A DNA stretch of 24,707 bases from Selaginella moellendorffii (lineage: Eukaryota; Plantae; Lycopodiophyta), in assembly GCF_000143415.4 (NCBI RefSeq), contig NW_003314387.1:389888-414594 (forward strand), written 5' to 3'. Numbering within the stretch: the first letter of the stretch is position 1; every line of letters begins with the position of its first letter. Positions 11,626-20,874 of this stretch are shown here, piece by piece. Both the position numbers and the translations under genes were made by a program. The notes under the pieces were generated by a model. It made no database searches, had not been told where the DNA came from, and saw only the letters and a program-made list of their open reading frames with translations.

Positions 11626-12447
11626 GTCAAGCTCAAGAAAGAAACCATTCTCTTCTCGATGGAATGAAACTCTCACTTGCTCCATGCTCTGGCGAGGCCA
11701 TGGCAAACAAAATGGGTGGACTCTTCGTCTCAATCTGACAAGCAGCTGATGCAAAGGCTACTTTTGAGAAACAAAGCGTAAGTATGCTGCAACAAGAACC
11801 AGCAACAGCCGTTTAAGGTATTGTCGTGGAAGATGGCTTGCCTGAGCTCGAGTTTGATTTGATCCAAGCACCCTGGTCCCATCTATTCTTCACTTGGTTG
11901 TCAAAGCTTGGAGGTCCATAGGTTTCGATCCTTTCAAATCCTGCTCCAACTTTTGATGCCTTTAATATATTGCTCTGAAACCGTGAAAGCTTACTCACCT
12001 GCAAAAAAAACTCCAGGGTTGCACCAAACATCCAATAAACCAGAGAAGCTCTCGAGGAAAATCCTAAATTCAACATAAACAAGTCACACCTCATGGAATT
12101 GGTGGTGATCTTGGTGCAACTAGCTAGTTAAGCTTGTCCTCAAACACATGGTTTTGGCATTTGTCTTCCACACTATTGTCCAATCTTGTGAAAGCCTTGA
12201 CCGAGCTTAAACTCAATCAGCTGAGAACAAGCTGTCTCAAAAGTTTCCAAAGAGCAGAAGGCATAATACAAAGGTCACAAACTCATCTCATCACAAGTTG
12301 CATTGTGGTCACTCCACGCCTTGGATGTTGATGAACTACAGGCCTCCATTTATCTTGGAAAATACATCTATGAGGAATGAAGCAATCTGGACAATAGTAT
12401 AAGCAAAATGAGCACGAGAAGAACCATACATACCGTGGAAAAGCATG
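11626..12447 (-). pseudogene. Decayed F-box/LRR paralogue; direct repeat of 16311-17065
   Basis: Long near-identical blocks shared with 16311-17065. Intron-like gtatgtat...ttgtccag shared with 18168-18189. ggatcaaatcaaact shared in inverted form with copies A and B. Confidence 0.65.
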
Positions 12448-12475
12448 AGTTCTACACTCAAAACGACACACACAT

Positions 12476-12637
12476 GGCACGGGCAATGTTCGATCAAATG
12501 CCCGAGTGCCACAACATTGTCGCATGGACTGCTAGGCCTACGCTCTCACTGGGAATTTCTTCCACGCTTTAATTTGATCCTCTACCAGGAGATGGTCTTG
12601 GAAGGAATGGCTCCCGACTAGATCACATTCACTTCCG
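12476..12637 (+). pseudogene. PLS-class PPR fragment
   Basis: ARAMFDQMPECHNIVAWTA / AYALTGNFFHAL / LYQEMVLEGMAPD*ITFTS across frameshifts. Confidence 0.8.
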
Positions 12638-13078
12638 AAATCAGAAAAGTTCTTTGTCAGGATGTACCATCTAGTAGGACGAAACTGGCCTCAAGAATGC
12701 TAGAGCATAAGTTATAACATGTAGCTACGTGGGGCTCCTCGCCAAATGATGAACCTGCAGAGACTTGCCCGATGGTGGAGCACTAGTACACGCAAGGTGG
12801 ATTGTTAACATTGAGGATGTCATTGTCGTGTGCTAAAGTGGCCTGAAGAACTCCACCGTGATTGGATTCCTTGTGATTCCATCACTCTTTTAGCTAATAG
12901 AGCTTCTAATTACAATCTTTTACAAGGAACCCACAGTACAAAGACTAAGCTCGGTCAGGCCATTGTTGGAATGTCCATTTTAAGGAGTTGTGCTCTTATT
13001 GGATAGCTCATTGTAACGCTTGAGCTAAATGCTTTTCAATTAAAACGTACAATAATATGCTTTGCCTCCTGTGGGAAC

Positions 13079-13748
13079 ATGCAGTCTATGTTAGGAGATC
13101 TCAGCAGGCATGGTGGATCAATGTTCCATCTGGAACGGATGAAATTTCTTGCTCAAGGTGCTCGTCTGACCACATTCCACAGCAATGTTCTGAAGCTGTA
13201 CGTGAAGGAGATATTCGATGGGTTGTACAAAGAGATCAGGAAGATCCTGGTGCCGTTCATGTGGATGTTGTGCTGCCATTTGAATGGAAATTCGGGGGTT
13301 GGTAAATCTACATTCGTCTGGTACTTCCGGTCATGATCTACGAGTCCAGAGCGACTGTTTTGATGTTCAAGGGTAACAAGCTCAGGGTGGTGAATAGAGA
13401 AGACTTCCCTCAGGAGATTGTGCTGGACAGCAAAGTAGATACCATCTCATCGATCTGTGAGTGGACTTGGGGCGGATGGTTGGAAATAAAACCCTTGTTG
13501 CTGCTTCATCACCAGACGAGTTCAATGTCAGAAAAGCCAAGCGGACAACGTTCACTCGCTATCTGCCTGCGTGGGAAAAGCACGAGTACGATGCTCTTGT
13601 GTCTTCTTGGAGGAAACGCGTGACAGACTACGAGAGTGGATCGGAAGAAGCCAAAGAGATAACGCAGAGAGTGAATGCTGCTGAAATGGCGTTTGAATGG
13701 TTTGGAGGTATCCCCTGGTTTCTTTGGGTTTCTTTGCAAACGGTCTGA
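13079..13748 (+). pseudogene. Crinkler/RHS-type P-loop NTPase relic
   Basis: Three consecutive frameshifted ORFs: KLYVKEIFDGLY...GNSGVGKSTFVWYF (Walker A); ...VAASSPD...RYLPAWEKHEY...FEWFGGIP. This matches the GxxGxGKS, SP, P.W..E, GGxP order of CR-NTPases. The relic may extend to ~14050. Confidence 0.65.
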
Positions 13749-14205
13749 CTGTGGAAGCTTTCGAAAGGGATTGATGGTTCTGACTCCTGATTTTGTCCTT
13801 CAAGCGTTTTGAGCGTTGGTGGTCCAGGAAACTAAGGTGCGCATCTTCATGCTCTCAAACATGCTCCTGGCGGCGCTCAAGTTGAAACTTGCGTGAGAGC
13901 TATCCAGCAGACAATGGTCTTGCGCAGGATCTCGTGAACGGCCTTGTCAAAATGCCCATTCTCGCAAATGCGAGGATCCACGGTACTGGATTCTTCTCCG
14001 GGATTTGACCGAAGCTGTTCTTCGTGAGGGCAACGACGCCTTGGATGGTCCTAATGATGGAAGTCGTTGTAATTCTTAGGATACTACTTTATCCATCACG
14101 AATAGCATCAATACAGTAATCACTTCGAAGCTTTTAAAATAGGATCTACATATTTTGTCTTGGTAATGGGAGATTTCACTTCCTGAACATAGTCGCTTCT
14201 ATATA

Positions 14206-14697
14206 TCAGGTGAAGCAAGATCTAACGTCCACATTTTGATTGATTTCATTTGCTGTTAAATCCATCCATTTTTTGAATTTTTTTTGTGTGTGGCTATCCG
14301 GCACCAGGAATCGTCTAAAATCCATGGTGAGGCTCTTTGGGTATCGAGGTTTCTTCATTTGAATCCTTGGAATCTTTCGGTTTTCGGTTTTCGACATCCA
14401 AGCCGGCTCCCTTTCGTCCTTGGGCGGCTGGATGCCTTGGATGATCGCCGCATTTTGCCGCGTCTTGGCGTCCGGAAGGGATGTGTCAGGGAGCGAAGCA
14501 ATTGCGTCAGAATAGATGCAGCTGAGCTCCTGGACCAGCTCGTCCCAAGTCCGGCACGACAGGCCCGTTGTGTAGTTGAGAGAGAGGGGATGGAAAACGT
14601 CGCCTTTGTCTGGGTGTAACCGGATGGAGAGCTCCGAGGGATTCAAGCCACCCAAACATCGAGAGATGGCAGCTTTCCGCTGCACAGACACCTCCAC
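14206..14697 (-). other. Orphan 163-codon ORF containing LHPDK
   Basis: Open, relatively GC-rich frame with a GTG start. The only recognisable feature is an HPD(K) motif like that of J-domains. Confidence 0.25.
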
Positions 14698-15310
14698 TAA
14701 AATCTAACGGTTTGGATGGTATATTCTAAGATATCCTTTAATCCAACGGCTGTGATGTATCGCTCTTAACCTTTTATTTGTTTGTAGTTACCACTAATAT
14801 AAACTGCGTTTAAAAGTTCATTCTCATTCACTATTTCTAGCTTGTTGTCTAGCGTCTTTCTTGTTCAAATGGTGAGGAAGGCTTGCATATGCTGGCAGGG
14901 TCATCGAGAATTCAATGGCACAACATTGTGTGTGATTGTTCAATTATGCTGAAGTGACAACTGATGAGAATTTGGTATATATGATCGAATTGGTAAGCTC
15001 AATGGCATGTTTGTGCTGTTTGTGTGCTACTGGAGCAAATCAAATATATATCTTCCCTTCCACAAAATTTGATTGCATGAGTACAGTGGAGATGCACCTA
15101 AGTTAATACTTTTTAATGATCTGTTTGTTTAAATCTGTAATAATGGATTCCATTGATTACAAGTTTGGTTTTGCTTCTTTACTATGATCTAGTACCAACT
15201 TAACAACACAGTTAATCTTAGGTGAGATTTTGAGGAGAGCCACTCTCACTAGTAGATTGTATAGTGTTATAAAAAAGGAAAATAATAAAATGGTCCAACA
15301 CAGTTAATTT

Positions 15311-15465
15311 AATAATAAAATAATAAAATAGTGTTCATGTTAGGGGGCGACCCTAACACCGTATTATTCTTGATTGAAAGTCGAGGCGGATGGGAATCGA
15401 ACCCAGCAACCCTTCACAATAGAACATTACAGCGTGCATGCTATAACCACAAAGCCATGAACACT
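15311..15465 (-). mobile_element. Candidate tRNA-derived SINE or tRNA-like element
   Basis: Minus strand: A box TGGCTTTGTGG at tRNA position 8, D-stem GCT/AGC, B box GGTTCGATTCC, an 8-bp hairpin (15338-15358) and a (TTA)-rich tail. 10-bp inverted repeat at 15330-15339 / 15456-15465. Confidence 0.6.
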
Positions 15466-15499
15466 GGGAGATAACAAAATATTATTTCAGCACCTCTTA

Positions 15500-16100
15500 T
15501 TTGAAAAACAAGATTTGGAATCCATCTGATTGTCCACGTCGACGACATCCAGGGGCTGCGAGGCCAGAGATTTGGAGGATCCACGCGCGGATCCTGGAGA
15601 GCAGCTACTGGCCGAATCAATACCGTCTTCATCCGGCATGAAATCAAAGATTTCTTCCTCTGCTATTCACTGCTGGAAGGGGAACCCATGGAACGTCCTG
15701 TCATTCTGGGCAGTAGATTCGTCCAGGACACGAGATCCTTGGCCGGCGTTTTTGCCCAAGCTCGATTTCGCTGCCACAATTTGCCCCTGCTGCGCGAGAG
15801 CCATTATCATCGAGTTCCATGGCGCTCTGAGACGCAATCAAACATAGACTCTCACTCTCGGATGCGGGATGCCGCCACATACGCGGTGACCATCGCGTTC
15901 CAGGAGACGATCCTAATCGAACAAGATTGACGCCGCATCGATCGAATGCCCTGTTCTTGCTGCTCGCATTTGCCAGCGAAAGGGAATATCGCGCGATCCA
16001 AGAGCCTGAACCCGGCGCGGCGGCGTGGATCATTCGGGGGGATCGGCACGAGAGAAGATTTAGCTCCAGCAACGCTGCCGAGAGCGACTTTGCGGAGAAG
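15500..16100 (-). pseudogene. Highly decayed PLS-PPR relic
   Basis: RMIHAA, RAFDR, IVSWNAMVTAY and AEEEIFDFMP in order across different frames. Confidence 0.55.
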
Positions 16101-16133
16101 AGAAATCCCTCGTTCATACAAAAAAATTTGATT

Positions 16134-16207
16134 GGGTCTCTGGCTGTGGGTTCGAACCTGTGACCTTGCCAATATATTTTTTTATTCTAGCCAGATATCA
16201 GGTTCCC
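16134..16207 (-). ncRNA. tRNA-like/B-box element, copy 4
   Basis: Reverse complement of the same core; T7 downstream on the minus strand (16120-16126). Confidence 0.5.
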
Positions 16208-16310
16208 GTCCAAAGTGTACACTAATTGCTTCTTAACGTATACCATAATGTAAACAGCGGCGCAAGAGATTTTCGTTTTGTGGGCGCATGGCGCGCAGCG
16301 CGTTGCTGCT

Positions 16311-17350
16311 GTCAAGCTCAAGAAAGAAACCATTCTCTTCTCGATGGAATGAAACTCTCACTTTCTCCATGCTCTGGCGAGGCCATGGCAAACAAAACGG
16401 GTTGGATGGACTCTGCATCTCAATTTGAGCAAGCAGCTGATGCAGAAGTTATTTTTGAGAAACAAAGTATAAGTATGCTGCAACAAGAACCAGCAACATC
16501 CGTTTAAGATATTGTTCTGGAAGATGGCTTGTCTGAGCTCGAGTTTGATTTGATCCAGGCACCATGGTCCCGGGAATCTATTCTTCACTTGGTTGTCCAA
16601 GCTGGAGGTCCATAGGTTTGGATCCTTTCAAATCCTCGGGGCGTGAGACTCTGGAGCTCCAATTTTTGATGCCTTCTCTTGGCAATAATATAATATATTG
16701 CTCTGAAACCGTGAAAGCTTACTCACCCGCAAACAAAACTCCAGGGTTGCACCAGACATCCAATAAACCTGTGAGAGCCTTGACCAAGCTCAAACTCAAT
16801 CAGCTCAGAGCAAGCTTTCTCAAAAGTTTCCAAAGAGCAGATGGCATAACACAAAAAACGTATACCAGGTCACCAACTCATCTCATCACAAGTTGCGTTG
16901 TGGTCACTCCACGCCTTGGATGTTGATGAACTACAGGCCTCCATTTTATCTTGGAAAATGCTCGAGGCCAAAGGGTGGCGAAGATGAGGAATGAAGCGAT
17001 CTGGACTGGACAAGAGTATAAGCAAAATGAGCACGAGAAGAACCATACATACCGCGGAAAAGCAGTGCTTGTGCTTGTGAGCCTAGTTTGAAGATGTCTG
17101 AGACTGAGAAGAAAGACCATGCTGCTCAACTCGTAGAGCACGCCCGGCAGCAGCAGACCGCCCGGGTAAAGAGCCCCCTGGATCGAAAATGTGCAGCAGT
17201 AGCGTATAATGGCAATGGCGGTGGTTTTCCATGGCATCGTTCTTGAGCCTTGACGAGGAGGTGCCATCCAGCGAAGATTTGCAGGAAGGAGGAGCGATCT
17301 CCAGCGGTGGGCGCCTGGGCGAGAATGCGGTGAGCACAGATCTGGGAGCT
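16311..17350 (-). pseudogene. Decayed F-box/LRR paralogue
   Basis: Repeat of 11626-12447. The reverse complement of 16970-17090 matches 18130-18245 of the F-box copy. Weak F-box-like QICAHRILAQAPTAGDRSSFLQIFAGWHLL near 17340. Confidence 0.6.
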
Positions 17351-17699
17351 GCCAGGAACTGGACAGAAACTTGCATCGGGTGGAACCAGGGCATTGCCGT
17401 GTGAGCTCGAGACTGGCATCGCAGCCTGATCGGCGCCACATCCCAATCGCCGCCCCAAGCTCCAATTACTACAACGACAAGCCAAAGATGGTGACGGTGT
17501 TATTGTCTCAGCTCCAGGACTGCGAGGAATTCAGACAGCAGGGGTATGGCCTCCTCCAAAGGCCGTGGTTGATTTACCCTCCAGCAGTAGTCTTTCAACC
17601 AGGCCTGGAGCGGGCCTTCTGCCAACTTAAGTCGAGGTTCCTGGTGTTTCTCACCATGTGTTTCTCACCTGGATCTCCGCCACATCGCCATTGATAGCT

Positions 17700-17887
17700 G
17701 CAAGAATTCGATCGACGAGCATTTGCTGGGCAAATGCGTTCCAGAAGAAAACATTTCCATCTTCCATTTTGTGGAGGACACCCAAGGCATCTGCGGCACG
17801 CCCGCACTTTCCATACATTTCCATGACGAAATTCGCGAGGAATCTATGACGATCAGAGCAGCGTCTCCTCCTCATCGTCAAGAACAA
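17700..17887 (-). pseudogene. PLS-class PPR N-terminal fragment
   Basis: DRHRFLANFVMEMYGKCGRAADALGVLHKMEDGNVFFWNAFAQ. Confidence 0.8.
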
Positions 17888-17936
17888 TGCGATGGAACCA
17901 TTCGTTAACTACAGGTAAGCTTCGTCAAAATAGCAA

Positions 17937-18266
17937 ATGTCGCAAGGACAGCGATAGCAGAGGTGACGCTGCCACCATTGGGCGACCTGGATAACGATAT
18001 GCTGCTCTGCACTTTTGCTCGCATTCCAACAAGAAAGTTCCTCACCCGAGCAGTGCTTGTCTGCTGCGCTTGGCTGGATGATCCGGTCTGGCTCAAACCA
18101 AGACAAGCCTTCAAACAATACCTTGCAAAGCAAGCATCACAAGCATTGCTTTTGTGATTTAAAGCGGTATGTATATACTCTTGTCCAGATTGCTCAAGAA
18201 CGCACAAGAGACTGTCTTGAGCTTCATTCCTCACCTTTGTCACCTTTCGATTTTCGCCAAGCGATG
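17937..18266 (+). pseudogene. F-box protein 5' fragment, cut by the LTR of Gypsy copy 2
   Basis: LGDLDNDMLLCTFARIPTRKFLTRAVLVCCAWLDDPVW is an F-box pattern (L..D.L..IF..L......VC..W...DP..W). Confidence 0.75.
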
Positions 18267-18538
18267 TGAAGAGGTGTGAAAACTCCTCTTTGCTGGAAAT
18301 CTATTGTTAGTAAGAAAACAAAAGAGAAAAAGGCCCGATCTCCAAGGACAGAGAAGAAGCACGAGAAAAAGAATGCTGTGTATTGATAAGAAAAACGATG
18401 GAATGGAAAAAGGTATCCACAATTTAGATTCCCCCTTTTGAAAGGCTAGCAGTTCTAACTACTAGCATATACTATATGCTGTGATGATTTAATCTATGGC
18501 TCCAATGCAGCCCTAGGTTCAAAGTCGGAGTCGATACA
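18267..18538 (-). repeat. 3' LTR (272 bp, TG...CA)
   Basis: Runs tgaagagg...tcgataca, is homologous to 7202-7460 and abuts the PPT. Confidence 0.92.
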
Positions 18539-18550
18539 CTCTGCTCCCCT
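18539..18550 (-). promoter_or_regulatory. Polypurine tract AGGGGAGCAGAG
   Basis: Purine-rich 12-mer immediately 5' of the 3' LTR on the minus strand. Confidence 0.8.
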
Positions 18551-18557
18551 GACAGAA

Positions 18558-20491
18558 CTAGACACCGTCCTCGGTGCGAACATAGTCAGTTTCCATCGCT
18601 TGTTGCTACTGCTGCTCAAGTTGATAGAGGCGACGTTTTTGCTGCGGGAGTGTAAGCTTGTGGTTAGGGACATTGTCTGGTGGATCTGTCCCATCTTCCT
18701 GGAGGTCAGCTACCTCAGCCAGCAGGGTGGTATGATCATCCTCGAGCTTTCAGTAGCGGGTGTTGAGCTCTTCGTATTTGAATTTGTAGGTGAATTCGTG
18801 AGCTGCTGATGGGGTTGATGGCTACTTGGAGATGATCTTCCTGATGTCCTAGAGGTCAGTGCAAATCTGCTTCATCTCTTTGAGCTGAGCATCCAGCTGG
18901 TGGTTTAAAGGCTCATAGAATTCCTTCTTGATCGCTCCCCGGGTGTATATGAAGGAGTCTTGCTTGAGAAGATGCTGTGCAATGTCGGCTCATGTTGGGA
19001 AGTAGTTTGCTTGCTCGTGGTGCATGCGTTGATCAAGGGCTTCAAACAACTTGCAGGTGTAGTAGCTTGGGTCGCGAAGTTTATCTTCATACTCCTTCCT
19101 GATCTCGTCATAATCATGGCATACCTGACTTTGTGGCTGAGGCATAGCTGCTGCTCCTACTCCTGCTCTGTGATCCTGGTGTTTCTCACTGTGTTCTTGG
19201 TCCCAGGAGTTGAGTTTGCTTTGTTGGATGTGGGTGACGTGGTTGGGCCAGATTCTTTGAGGTGGTTGGAGATGAGCTTTTCAGTTTGATGGTGGATGAA
19301 CGGCCCAGATGTGGCACTGAAATTAATTTATCCATTTGGAAATTTTTCGCTTGGAATTTTGTTGAAGGGGCGGAATTTTTGTGAATGCTGGTCGTGGTAT
19401 TTGCTGGAGGAGGCATGGTTGTGTGTTCTTCAAGTGATTGGTGAAGGTAGTCAATGTTTTCTTTTGTGGAACGTGTCGAGGAGGTCGAGGCGTTGAGAAT
19501 GTTGTTCTCAGCTGGTGGAGAAATTGAGTTCAGGGCGAGCAGCTGACGTTTTTCTTTGGCGATGTTGATGTGTTTGTGAGAAATTGTCGGTTTTGGGGCT
19601 GATTCGAGTGGATGCAGGCTTTGGGGTGAGTGTGGATGGTGGTGTGAGTTATCTTCATTGTCGCTGATGATGAGGTGCTCTCAGATCAGCGGTGGCGGCG
19701 AAGTGGAGTTGAATTGTTGGAGTGTTTGTTGCTGGAGCTGGTGTTGTTGGAGTGAGTTGAGCCTGATTGTTGAGATGTTGGCTTCGGTTTCTTGCTGGGA
19801 GTTGCTCCTTCTGATTCTGACTGTTCTTCAGAGCTGTCACTTTGTTCTGTGGAGTTCATTTGGGTTGTCCACGGTTGTTTGTTGGGAAGAGCTTAGTGTA
19901 GAGCGATCAGCAGTGGGAATATTATTGTCCACATGGTCTTTTTGTTGAGTGTGGCGAGGATGGCGCGGTCGAGAAGCTTGAGAAGGAGCTTGTGGAGATG
20001 ATGAGCCACGTTCACACGTTTGCCGTCAAGTAGAGCTCTGTAGACTTCTACTCTGCACTTGCCAATGGTGCAATCTATTGGGCGAAGTTCGTAGTAGAGG
20101 AGGAGGGCTTTGAGGCGATCCATATGCTGCTCCTCGATGTCCTCCCATGTGAGCTCACCGGTAATTTCTCGATTGGCCTTGATGATTTGCTGTGGAACTT
20201 CTCCTGAAAATTTGAGCAGCCCTTGTTGGAGATTTTGAAAACAGAGGCAATTCTTGCTGGGCTGAGGGTGATTTCGTTGGTGCCGTCGGTTATGGTGCCG
20301 TTCTTGGGGTTGAAGGAGGCGGCTAGCTTCCTCGCTAGTTTTTGATCAGGGTGTGTTGAAAAGGCCTTGTGGAGGAGCTCGAATCCATGGCCCTTGAGCC
20401 AGGTGGTTGTGTCATTGCTGGGAAGCCTAGGAATATGGTGTATGATGTATCTGAGGCGCCGGGGTGGATGAGCTGGCATCTTTCTCTTCAT
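18558..20491 (-). pseudogene. Extra 3' ORF (~640 codons, degraded), sense to pol
   Basis: ATG at 20491. Globular N-terminal part (...GKRVNVAHHLHKLL), a P/T/Q-rich linker and a coiled-coil-like end (YDEIRKEYEDKLRD...QLDAQLKEMKQ...YVRTEDGV*), with the stop just before the PPT. Confidence 0.65.
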
Positions 20492-20772
20492 TTTCTGTGG
20501 TCAAAGTGCTCACCCCGTTAGGGTTCTTGAAACCTGTAACTGTTGGTTGGCTGATTGTGTGGCGCTCAATTGTTGGTGATGAATGGTAGAGATTTGTTGA
20601 CGGAATTGAGTTGGTTTGATTTGGCTTGATTGCAGATCAATGGTGGATATTGCTGATGAAGTTAACTCAAGTTCAACTATTGATATTTGCTCAGGTGGCG
20701 TTGATCCAACAGTAGCTTGGGACTTAGAGATTTTTGCTGCTGTTTATTGCTGAAGTTGGTGGATGAGTTCGT

Positions 20773-20805
20773 GTTGAGTTGAGTTGAGTTGAGTTGAGTT
20801 GAGTT
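20773..20805. repeat. (GAGTT)n pentanucleotide microsatellite
   Basis: About six consecutive units. Confidence 0.9.
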
Positions 20806-20874
20806 GTGTCGAACTGATTTGAGTTAAAGTTTGTCTGCTGGGGTGAGTGTCGATTGTTGGTTTTGGGGTGTTTG

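Noticed and set aside
15204-15308. 13-bp direct repeat caacacagttaat as a TSD
   Set aside because: Both copies lie on the same side of the SINE candidate and enclose only ~80 bp with no recognisable element.
8238-16168. CRISPR-like array from the 32-nt repeated core
   Set aside because: Copies are kilobases apart and in both orientations, there are no cas genes, and the context is eukaryotic.
18254-18260. PBS-like TTGGCGA just outside the 3' LTR of copy 2
   Set aside because: Only 7 nt match, it is offset from the LTR, and it lies in F-box-derived sequence; probably chance.
18600-19948. Hydrophobic plus-strand ORFs as env or membrane proteins
   Set aside because: They are V/L/C-rich shadows of the CAA/ACA-rich minus-strand coding frame.
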